From: Octopus bimaculoides
Taxonomy: Eukaryota
NCBI RefSeq assembly: GCF_001194135.2
Contig: NC_068989.1
Coordinates: 4,297,357 to 4,359,086 of the forward strand
Direction of reading: 5' to 3'
DNA: 61,730 bases
In this document: positions 40,711 through 51,718 of the stretch, piece after piece
Layout of the letters: every line of letters starts with the position of its first letter
Position numbering within the stretch: position 1 is the first letter of the stretch
Translations under genes and position numbers: made by a program
The notes under the pieces: model-generated
Seen by the model: only the letters and a program-made list of their open reading frames with translations
What the model was told of the DNA's origin: nothing
Databases searched by the model: none

Positions 40711-40806
40711 CATACATATTGAATGTTTGTATATACGTAGTAAACAAAAATAAAACGAATGATAAATAGAAACCACTCATTCTATTCAAACGTCAATAGT
40801 GATGGC
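40564..40806. repeat. Copy B of the about 235-bp direct repeat
   Basis: See copy A. Confidence 0.92.
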
Positions 40807-42029
40807 TGTTCAGTAAACGTGTCTGACATAACAAGAAGTGCTTAAAATTTGTTGGACTAAACCATTCTAGGTGGTGTCCAAGCATGGCTGTATTCCAATG
40901 ACTAAAACTAGTAAAATATAAAGGACATTCTAGTGGAGAGAGGAAATCCGTGAATCTGTGATGGCCTCGATCATTTATTTTATGTTCGTCAGAGTAAAAG
41001 AAGTGTGTCTCTGAGATGTGGCTATGGTTGCATTTTATTAGGTTTATTAATGTCATAATTTTGCTCAATATCTTAACTAGGAGCTGTTCGCCATTGTTGG
41101 TGCTGGGGGTTGAAACTATCGGTGCGTACAATAATTACACGAAGCCTCTAAGCATTATAAATATGTCTTGTGGTTCCCTTGGAATTCTGGAAATTTTGAG
41201 TTTGGCGTCTTTGGGGAGATTCTTTGGAGAAATCATGATCCCAGTCTCACTTGAAAGCATGCACCTCGTACTTTCTGTTTATCCATACTGGTGTTGCTGC
41301 AGTTCTTTCTTCTTCTTCTTCTTCTTCTTCTTCTTCTTCTTCTTCTTCTTCTTCTTCTTCTTCTTCTGCGCCCCCTCCACTTCTTCATCATCATCCTTCT
41401 TTTCTTATTCTTCAACTACTACTACTACTACTAGTGATTCACCTTTAGATAAATTTCATCTATGTTTAAAGCGACTCTCTGTTTTCAAACGTAACATCAT
41501 CAAATTACTTTTATAGATCGTGGGGTATGATTTATAGTCGGAGAAGTGGGTACTACAGCTATGAAGCTTCAAATACTAACCATAGCAACAAAATGAGTTG
41601 ATCGTCAAAGAACAACAGGATGTTGGTGTCTCGATCTCTTGAGCGGAAAGTATTCACCCTGCAAGCAATGTCAGCTTGTTTTCTCTTGATGGAGTTTTCT
41701 TCAGCTGATGTTTTTAAGATTCTGTGATATGTTTTGTTGCGAACGTCTGTGACACTTTATGAAAACTCACTTACTTAAGAGAATGAACCGAATTTTTCCT
41801 CGTTTACGTAACGTGCTGTGTCGCGCTCATTGAAATACAAGGATTAAATGACTCTGGTATTTTATTCCGTCACGTAATGTATTGGGAACATTCGGAGGCA
41901 TACATATCTTTTATCTTTCATCTTTTACTTCATTCAGTCATTGAACTGTGGCCATGCTGGAACTCCAGCTTCAAGGATTCGGTTGTACACTTGTTCCCTA
42001 GTACTTGTTCTAAAGTCTGGCACATATTC

Positions 42030-42480
42030 TGTCGGTTATAGTCTTTTATTCTTTTATTTGTTTCAGTCATTCGACTGCGCCTTTACTCGATCAAATCGAC
42101 CTCAGGACTTATTCTTTGTAAGCCTAGTACTTATTCTATCAGGCTCATTTGCCGAACCGCTAAGTAATGAGGACATAAACACACCAACATCGGTTGTCAA
42201 GTGATGGTCGTTGGACAAACAGGCACACACACACACACACACACACACNNNNNNNNNNNNNNNNNNNNNNNNNNNNNNNNNNNNNNNNNNNNNNNNNNNN
42301 NNNNNNNNNNNNNNNNNNNNNNNNNNNNNNNNNNNNNNNNNNNNNNNNNNNNNNNNNNNNNNNNNNNNNNNNNNNNNNNNNNNNNNNNNNNNNNNNNNNN
42401 NNNNNNNNNNNNCAGTGGGACTGAACCCGAAACCATGTGGTTGGGAAGCAAGCTTCTTACTACACAGCCACTCGTGTGCA
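42030..42480 (-). mobile_element. Family B CORE-like SINE with an assembly gap inside its internal microsatellite
   Basis: Tail half 42030-42225, (CA)n, gap, then head half CAGTGGGACTGAACCCGAAACCATGTGG...CACAGCCACTC. Confidence 0.88.
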
Positions 42481-42482
42481 TG

Positions 42483-42564
<82 letters not shown>

Positions 42565-43029
42565 ATCATATAATATTTGTGTGTATAATTATTTATGTAA
42601 GCATGCTTAATTTTATGAATGCATATAAGTGTGTTAGTTTTTGTTTCAGTTTGAGAAAGAGCGTGCGCGCGCGCTGTGTCTGTGGTTTAAGATGCGATTC
42701 AATTGTTTTTAGGCTGGAAACCAGTCTTTTGAAGTAAATTAAGTCAGTAGGCTATATGATGTCATCACGTAAGTTAATTATGGATGATTCCAGTTCAACT
42801 CACACATTCATTCATTCATACAAACACATATACATACATACACATACAGACACGCGCACACATATGTATGTATGTATGTATGTATGTATGCGTGTGTGTG
42901 CGGAACATCTACCGATCCCATTGCCCGACTGGTAGAAGACTGTGAGCACCTGACGATATTCTAGGTGCTAGTCTCAGCCGTCTCGGACTTTTATTCACCT
43001 AGGACTGCAGCTCCGCCAAGGAGGAGAAG

Positions 43030-43530
43030 AGGGAGGAGGAGACAACTCCCTGCGCCCGTTTTCAACTTCATCCACGATGTTGAATCTTTGTTCGCGAACG
43101 AAATGTATCATGGTCCGGGAAAGGTGGTTATCTAGAAGTGTAAGTCTCGACTGTAAGCAGGATGAGGCGACACTTCCAGCCCTTCAAGTTCCTCAAGTTT
43201 GAACTTGGTCACATTGGCAGTCCATATTGTCTGTCGTGCTGTGGGAATGCAAGTCTTCAACTGACCAATGCCGAGTAGCAGGCTTTCAAAGCATCATATA
43301 CTCGTTGCATTTGTTGAGCATAAACATTATCATTCACAGTATGACCATCCAGAACAAGTTCAAAGCGCAACACCCTCTCAAAATTCCATCAAACATAACT
43401 TGTTCAAACCGCTCTTGTTTGGCAATATTTTCTGAAGCCTGGTCGGAGCGAAGCCACTGATTTCCCTTATTAGGATTACGAAAATAGATCCATTTTTGAT
43501 ATATATCGCATATATAAATGTATATGAAAT
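43030..43530 (-). pseudogene. Mariner transposase remnant (catalytic domain)
   Basis: Minus strand: ICDIYQKWIYFRNP..QWL (TxDEKW region), RFELVLDGHTVNDNVYAQQMQRVYDALK, AFPQHD (QDN region), KLEELEGLEVSPHPAYSRDL (HPxYSPDLAPSD motif), with frameshifts and stops. Confidence 0.9.
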
Positions 43531-44814
43531 TAATATAAACAGGAGTTTGCAATGTTTCACTAAATAGGAGAATTACACACACAGTCCTTTCATGAAATGC
43601 TTATTCAATTCAGGGGATATCCGAGGTTATCTGAATCCTATAAAGGATGTTAAACCATGTGATAATCATTTTACGTAATATAGGCGACGAGGGATAGGAT
43701 TAACGAATAACATTCCTTTTCAAATTCCACCGAGGTCGATTTTTGCCTTCAATCCTTTCGGGGTTGATAAATTAAGTACCAGTTGCGTACTGGGTCGAAC
43801 TACTTGACTGACCCCCTCTCCTAAAATTTCGAGCCTTGTGCCTCGAGTAGAGCAGAATCCTTTTACGTAATCCATTTCTATTGGTTTTGTTGTTTCTGGA
43901 TTTTATTTGTTTCTGGAAGAAGGTAACTGACATACACCCCAACGGACCCAGGTCAGACTTTCAGCTTTTTAGCTGTCCATCTAAGAGAAGGTGACTCGAT
44001 ACAAATCCAGCGTCCTGATAACTACTGGGCTCGTGACACCAGTTGCGTCACACCAATACAAGTTTGAAGGAAGAGAGAAATGGACGGACTCTGCACAAAA
44101 CATGCGCACTATAAAAGTCCGTCAATTAGTATAGAATAGTTGATTCTACGTTGGATAGTTCTCTTACGGTTATGGAAGTTTCAGCGATAATTCCCAGGTT
44201 TGAATCTGTTATTATTATGTTCTGTTCTTTTACTTAGGATGAAAGAATAGAGCTAATAGACTGTTTTGATTGATTGCCCAATATCTACTTTCAATAGATA
44301 TAGAATGACGTCAGTAGGCAAAATTGGGTTGCAGAGGAAAAGGGAATTCTAGAGGTTTGACGTCAGGAGACGAAAGGATTGGAATAAGATTTAATGCAGA
44401 CTATTTGGGATGGGAAGATACAATATAGGCGATAAGGGATAGGATTAACGAATAACCTTGCTTCAAGTTAGCCTTAGTTCCATTTCCTTTCGATTGAAAT
44501 TGATGTGCACTTAGTTTGTTCTTTGAAGCCGTCAAAAGATTAGAGAAACAATAAAAAGATTTTGTGAGATGGAGTTTACAGCGTGATGGGTATGTGATTA
44601 TCACGTGATTTTATTAAAATTTGTTCCGTCAAGGATATTTCTAAGTGTAACAGCAGTAGTAGCATCCGGTTCGTAGCCTCACCTGAGCTTTCGAGGCATC
44701 TACCAATTGTTCAGATGGTATATGTATATTATATGCATATACATATATATGTGTATGCATGTGTGTGTATATGTGTGCGCATACGTGTGCGATTGTATTC
44801 AACATGAATATGTA

Positions 44815-44863
<49 letters not shown>

Positions 44864-44980
44864 TCAACATGAATAAGAAATATTTTCCATCCTTCATGCT
44901 CTAAATATATTGATAATGTCTTCAAACACACTTCGTTGCATTTTAGATATGAACGCATACACGAACCACACAGATGTTCG

Positions 44981-45019
<39 letters not shown>

Positions 45020-45344
45020 TACATATAAGTATACACATATATATACACACACACGCATATATATATACATACATATGCATGCACATATATATATACACAC
45101 ACACATTTATATATACATACATACACACACACATATGTATGCATATAGTTATACACACACACATGTGTATATATATATATATAGATATACACACACGCAC
45201 GAGCATGCACACACACACACACACACATTATTATCCGAAATGTATAGTATTAAAAATTCATCATGGATGATCTTACCACTCGTTTTCCCGTAAAGAATAC
45301 AATGGAGCGCTAAATAACAATCTTAGGCAACTCACAAAGGTATA

Positions 45345-45647
45345 CATACATACATACATACATACATACATGCATACATACATACATGCATACATACATA
45401 CTTACATGCATACACACATACATACATACATATGTACATACATACATACATATATACATGCATACATACATACATACATACTTACATGCATACACACATA
45501 CATACATACATACATACATACATACATACATGCATACATACATACATACATACATACATGCATACACACATACATACATACATACATACACACATACATA
45601 CATACATGCATACACACATACATACATACATACATGCATACATACAT

Positions 45648-45680
<33 letters not shown>

Positions 45681-45745
45681 TACGTACATACATACATACA
45701 TACTTACATACATACATACATGTATACATACATACATACATATGA
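45345..45745. repeat. (CATA)n / (CATG) compound tetranucleotide microsatellite
   Basis: Directly visible. Confidence 0.97.
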
Positions 45746-45883
45746 ATACCTGTATGTGTGGGTGTGTTTCCGTGTGTATGCATATGTTAGTATTTATATA
45801 TTCGTGTCTATGTATACATGCATTATTATTCCTTCTCATATCTATGATACTCAGTAACATCTAAAACACCTTTCAAATATATA

Positions 45884-46330
45884 CAGGGTGTGTGAAAAGT
45901 AACTAGGTATTAGAAATTGTTTATGGAATTTTTAATATCACTGAAGTCATGAGGAAAACATTTTTTAACCAGACAACACTAATGGGGATTTCTTATTTTC
46001 TTATTGTCTTATTTCTTAATTCTTATTTTCTAGATGGCCGGTCGCTTGTCTGTTCAGGAGCGAGCTGGACAGACAAGCTGTTTTGGATCAAAGATAGTGA
46101 CATGCAGAGAAAGGTAAGCATGCATCGCTACTTCCGAAGACAATAAAAGCAGTTTAAAGCATAACTATTTCGGCCACCATTTTCCCCAGCAGAAAACAAA
46201 ATTTCACAGAAGCACATTGTTCCTTCGTTTCAGCCATCGCAAAAGTCGACGAACAGGGTCAGTACGACTCCACCCGACGACGCTGGTCAGCAGACTGATG
46301 TTTGAGGGGTTGCATACAATGGTTTCTAGC
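45884..46330 (+). mobile_element. 5' fragment of a Tc1-like element with degenerate N-terminal HTH (DUF4817-like)
   Basis: TA|CAGGGTGTGTGAAAAGT terminus. ATG at about 46034 gives MAGRLSVQER, then frameshifted EKGKHASLLPKTIK and TGSV, similar to the N-termini of this transposase class. Confidence 0.55.
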
Positions 46331-46628
46331 GGCGGAAGCCCGAACTACAACGGACTTGTCCCACAGAGAACGTTTCCGGTTACTTTTGGGTACTTTCTGT
46401 ATTATATACATATATCTTTTATCGTTTATGTTTTACTTGTTTTAGTCATTAGACTGCGGCCATGCTGGGGCGCTACCTTGAAATTTAGTCGACTGCATCG
46501 AACCCATCTTTTTTGTATGAATGATACTTATTCTATCGGTCTCTTTTGCCGAACCGCTAGATTACGGGTACGCAAAAACATCAACACAAGTTGTCAAGCG
46601 ATGGTAGGAGACAAACACAAACACAAAA

Positions 46629-46664
<36 letters not shown>

Positions 46665-48796
46665 GCACACACGAGTACACACACACGAGCACAGACATAC
46701 ATATATAAGAGTGTGCATTTTGGGCGGTCACTCGGGCATGTTTTTGTGGTCCAAGTAGAATCTTTAACTGATCACCGACTCGTGTTACCACAAGTCAATC
46801 CGTGATAAGTGTAACATGATTCACAGTTGAACGGACTGCGTTATCACGGTTCAGCGATCACTGAATCAGCGATAAACGAGGCTAGATGCATTCGAAGTAT
46901 AAGGTCTTAAAATTTACCATTTATTTGATTTCATTTTGCCAATATACTTATATGTCCGTATGTATGAAAGTATGTATATATATACGACTTTTGTATATAT
47001 GGAAACTTGTATGTTGGCGTGTATGTATGCGTGTATGAATATGCTTGCATTCTATGTGTTAATGTTAACATTCCGGTCGGTGCAGGTCGTTGGGTCTATT
47101 GTAATATTGTAACACATCTCCACCCAAACAATATACATTAGGGTTGACTAACGTGGCAGTGTCGTTTTTGTTGTTGCTGTTGTCAACGTCATCTTCAAAT
47201 ATATAAACACTATTAATAACATCTCTGCTATGTCTGTAATGCCATCATTTCCAAACAGCCACATTTTAGTAGGCTGCGACATTTTAGTAGGCTGCAAACT
47301 TACACAGAGGTGTCACTAATTTGTTCCAATTTCGAATATTTTATATTTTTTTCCTTTCATTATGTGGTTTTTCTTTTTCCTTTCGTCTTCGTTTTTCACA
47401 TTTGCAGATTAAAATTAAACATTGATTGACTATTTTAACTACATATGCTTACTATCACACACCCGTTCGAACACAGAATAGTGGTGACGAAATGCTTAAC
47501 GAAAACAAATATATGTATATGTGTGTTTGTGTGTATGCTTTTATGTATGTATGTATGTATGTATGTATGTATGTATGTATGTGTGTATTTATGTATGTAT
47601 GTAGGTAGGTAGGTAGGTAGGTAGGTAGGCAGGTAGGTAGGTAGGTATGCATGTATATATAAAGTATATTTATACTGCGACGTCACATTTTAAGATTAGG
47701 AAACACTGCTGTAATGTGTCTCGTGTCTATATATACATATATATATATATATATANNNNNNNNNNNNNNNNNNNNNNNNNNNNNNNNNNNNNNNNNNNNN
47801 NNNNNNNNNNNNNNNNNNNNNNNNNNNNNNNNNNNNNNNNNNNNNNNNNNNNNNNNNNNNNNNNNNNNNNNNNNNNNNNNNNNNNNNNNNNNNNNNNNNN
47901 NNNNNNNNNNNNNNNNNNNNNNNNNNNNNNNNNNNNNNNNNNNNNNNNNNNNNNNNNNNNNNNNNNNNNNNNNNNNNNNNNNNNNNNNNNNNNNNNNNNN
48001 NNNNNNNNNNNNNNNNNNNNNNNNNNNNNNNNNNNNNNNNNNNNNNNNNNNNNNNNNNNNNNNNNNNNNNNNNNNNNNNNNNNNNNNNNNNNNNNNNNNN
48101 NNNNNNNNNNNNNNNNNNNNNNNNNNNNNNNNNNNNNNNNNNNNNNNNNNNNNNNNNNNNNNNNNNNNNNNNNNNNNNNNNNNNNNNNNNNNNNNNNNNN
48201 NNNNNNNNNNNNNNNNNNNNNNNNNNNNNNNNNNNNNNNNNNNNNNNNNNNNNNNNNNNNNNNNNNNNNNNNNNNNNNNNNNNNNNNNNNNNNNNNNNNN
48301 NNNNNNNNNNNNNNNNNNNNNNNNNNNNNNNNNNNNNNNNNNNNNNNNNNNNNNNNNNNNNNNNNNNNNNNNNNNNNNNNNNNNNNNNNNNNNNNNNNNN
48401 NNNNNNNNNNNNNNNNNNNNNNNNNNNNNNNNNNNNNNNNNNNNNNNNNNNNNNNNNNNNNNNNNNNNNNNNNNNNNNNNNNNNNNNNNNNNNNNNNNNN
48501 NNNNNNNNNNNNNNNNNNNNNNNNNNNNNNNNNNNNNNNNNNNNNNNNNNNNNNNNNNNNNNNNNNNNNNNNNNNNATATAGGTTATGAGAGGTAATGGT
48601 GTCAAGAAGACCCAAAGGTGTCAGGTAATGCTGAGTAAGTGCTATGGACAGACTATAGTTAAGCTCCAGGTTCGGTGATTATGCAAATGAAGAGTCTAAC
48701 GTAGGTCATATATTAGCATGCATATATATAAAAAATTAACAGAAAGAGATAAAAATCCAAGGCTGTGTAAGATTTCAGAACATTTATAAAGAGAAG

Positions 48797-48844
48797 GTCT
48801 TACAGCAGTTTCCGGGATATTTTATATATCCCTTCATCGGAGAC
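48797..48844 (-). ncRNA. Minimal type I hammerhead ribozyme motif (stem III palindrome broken)
   Basis: Minus strand: GTCT CCGATGA A GGGATAT ATAAA ATATCCC G GAAA C TGCT G TA AGAC. Confidence 0.6.
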
Positions 48845-49240
48845 GGTGCAAGAAAATGGTTAAGCAATAGTTATTCTGGAGAATATATGAAGCAGAGAGT
48901 GAAGCGGAGGAATGAAAACAGACGTCAGATACGTAAGGATATTGTATCTGCAGTTCCATTATTTAGGCAGAATGGTGTACATATAAGTTTCCTGTACCTT
49001 AAAAAAAAACCTTGATCCAATAGCACGTTTTACAAACTCTATGCTTGGAATGACCAATTTTAAATACTATTAGAATTTACTCACATGGTACAGGAAACTT
49101 ATATGTATACCATTCTGCCTAAATAATGGAACTGCAGATACAATATCCTTACGTATCTCACGTCTGTTTTCATTCCTCCGCTTCACTCTCTATTTCATAT
49201 CTTCTCTAGAATAACTATTGCTTAACCATTTTCTCGCACC

Positions 49241-49288
49241 GTCTCCGATGAAGGGATATATAAAATATCCCGGAAACAGCTGTAAGAC
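49241..49288 (+). ncRNA. Minimal type I hammerhead ribozyme motif
   Basis: GTCT (stem I) CCGATGA (core, U4C) A GGGATAT-ATAAA-ATATCCC (stem II) G GAAA C-AGCT-G (palindromic stem III) TA (predicted cleavage after 49284) AGAC (stem I). The 10.1-11.1 position is an A.G mismatch. Confidence 0.7.
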
Positions 49289-49351
49289 CTTCTCTTTATA
49301 AATGTTCTGAAATCTTTCACAGTCTTGGATTTTTATCTCATTCTGTTAATT

Positions 49352-49382
<31 letters not shown>

Positions 49383-49383
49383 T

Positions 49384-49414
<31 letters not shown>

Positions 49415-49415
<1 letters not shown>

Positions 49416-49501
49416 AATCTTGACGCACAGACGCACAGACGCATTTTCAAACATACGCATACTTATATAAAATGCGTCTGTGCGTCTGCTTGTTAAGATT
49501 T
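49415..49501. repeat. Short hairpin / MITE-like inverted repeat
   Basis: Perfect 20-bp arms CAGACGCACAGACGCATTTT (49428-49447) / AAAATGCGTCTGTGCGTCTG (49469-49488), extended by AAATCTTGAC / GTTAAGATTT. Confidence 0.85.
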
Positions 49502-50431
49502 CTTGCTGTGTGTATGTCAACATTTTCGTCGTAAGCTATCGTAGTTCTGGAGGCGGTGAGAGGTGAGTTGAATCAGTGCAGGGGTATCCTCTTGTTATGG
49601 CCGACGATACATTTTGACAGTTGCTGATTACACACCTGTATTTCTCTTATGTGTATCTGTGTGTGCTCTCTCTGCCTTTCAATATGTTTTTGCTGTGTTC
49701 AGGTCTTTTGTTCTCCCTCTTTTGTCTAGTGTCTATGCTATAAGTGTATTTGTTAAGAGCCAAAGTTCTGCGTCATAATATAATTGTCAAAAAGTCATCT
49801 CTTATATTCTGGTTTTGTTCTTTTTTTACATTCTTTTTTTTTTTTTTGTTATTATTGTTATAACGCGTTGAACTTATACAGAACCTATACAGTCTCAAAC
49901 AATATACTTAGCGATATTCCTTTGGAAACTTTATGTTCGCAGCTCAAATTCCACTGAGGTGGACTGTGCCTTTCATCCTTTTGGGGTTGATAAAATAAAC
50001 ACCAGTTGAGTACTGGTGTCGATAAAATTGACGTACCCTTCACCTACAATCGCTGGCCTTGTGCAGCAATTTCAAACCATTTTAGATGTTGCTGCTAAAA
50101 CTAATATGGGAGTTGACTTGCTGAACCTATAACCAAATATTTTCCATCCGTCCCATCGTATTTTCAGGTATACTGTATGTAGCACTTGATCATACAAACG
50201 TCCTCACTGGCAGGCTCACATGTGGGCTACATGGCCTGCTATTTATCTACGGCAGCCCTCTTCCCTGCACTCTGCAAACATGTCCCGCCCAACTAAATTA
50301 CGATTTAATGAGGGCCTCCACACTAACTGCGCCAGCGCGGCGCAGAACCTCTACATCAGGAATGCTATATATATATATATATATATACATACATATGTGT
50401 GTGATGGTATTGCCCTTACTTAGAATTATAT

Positions 50432-50468
<37 letters not shown>

Positions 50469-51209
50469 NNNNNNNNNNNNNNNNNNNNNNNNNNNNNNNN
50501 NNNNNNNNNNNNNNNNNNNNNNNNNNNNNNNNNNNNNNNNNNNNNNNNNNNNNNNNNNNNNNNNNNNNNNNNNNNNNNNNNNNNNNNNNNNNNNNNNNNN
50601 NNNNNNNNNNNNNNNNNNNNNNNNNNNNNNNNNNNNNNNNNNNNNNNNNNNNNNNNNNNNNNNNNNNNNNNNNNNNNNNNNNNNNNNNNNNNNNNNNNNN
50701 NNNNNNNNNNNNNNNNNNNNNNNNNNNNNNNNNNNNNNNNNNNNNNNNNNNNNNNNNNNNNNNNNNNNNNNNNNNNNNNNNNNNNNNNNNNNNNNNNNNN
50801 NNNNNNNNNNNNNNNNNNNNNNNNNNNNNNNNNNNNNNNNNNNNNNNNNNNNNNNNNNNNNNNNNNNNNNNNNNNNNNNNNNNNNNNNNNNNNNNNNNNN
50901 NNNNNNNNNNNNNNNNNNNNNNNNNNNNNNNNNNNNNNNNNNNNNNNNNNNNNNNNNNNNNNNNNNNNNNNNNNNNNNNNNNNNNNNNNNNNNNNNNNNN
51001 NNNNNNNNNNNNNNNNNNNNNNNNNNNNNNNNNNNNNNNNNNNNNNNNNNNNNNNNNNNNNNNNNNNNNNNNNNNNNNNNNNNNNNNNNNNNNNNNNNNN
51101 NNNNNNNNNNNNNNNNNNNNNNNNNNNNNNNNNNNNNNNNNNNNNNNNNNNNNNNNNNNNNNNNNNNNNNNNNNNNNNNNNNNNNNNNNNNNNNNNNNNN
51201 NNNNNNNNN

Positions 51210-51254
51210 CGAACGTATCCGGATTTCAGGGTTATTTCCCTTCGTCGGCGTCCG
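51210..51254 (-). ncRNA. Minimal type I hammerhead ribozyme motif, structurally complete
   Basis: Minus strand: CGGACG (stem I) CCGACGA (core) AGGG-AAATAA-CCCT (stem II) GAAA T-CCGG-A (palindromic stem III) TA CGTTCG (stem I: 6 bp including one G.U). Confidence 0.78.
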
Positions 51255-51440
51255 ACAGCTGATGACCTTGGTGAGAGAGACGTTCGTGCTGCAGATCGAG
51301 GTGAGAGGGATAACTTCCCTTGGCAAACAGGACACAGTCGTGTGTCGATAAGCCAGCTGGAGGAGATGTCCTCCTGGGGCTAAAAGCAACAGTAACATCC
51401 ACCCCTAGGGGTCAGCCACACTTAAGTGGCAATATACTAC

Positions 51441-51469
<29 letters not shown>

Positions 51470-51472
<3 letters not shown>

Positions 51473-51640
51473 CGACGGCTTCTTTCAGTTCCCGTCTACC
51501 AAATCCACTTATAACTGTCTGATTGGCCTGAGGCTAGCGTAGGAGACTTTTGCTCAGGATTCCATGTGGTGGGACAGAACCCGGAGCCATGTGATTGTAA
51601 GACAAGCTTTTAACGAGACAGCCACACATGCGCCTATACA
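51470..51640 (-). mobile_element. Family B CORE-like SINE head half
   Basis: TACGACGGCTTCTTTCAGTTCCCGTCTACCAAATCCACT...GGGACAGAACCCGGAGCCATGTG...CAGCCACAC. Confidence 0.82.
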
Positions 51641-51667
51641 GACACACATACGCACTTGCGCATACAC

Positions 51668-51718
<51 letters not shown>

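Larger units (their letters stand above)
48722..49360. mobile_element. Long palindrome (about 275-bp arms, 88-bp spacer) of a Penelope-like terminal-repeat fragment, each arm carrying a hammerhead motif
   Basis: Arm 48722-48998 is the reverse complement of 49087-49360 with only scattered substitutions. Both outer ends run into (TA)n. Confidence 0.85.

Noticed and set aside
41016-41516. 166-aa hydrophobic ORF
   Set aside because: TTG-type start, no domain motifs, runs into (TTC)n and (CTA)n repeats, and no supporting splice sites.
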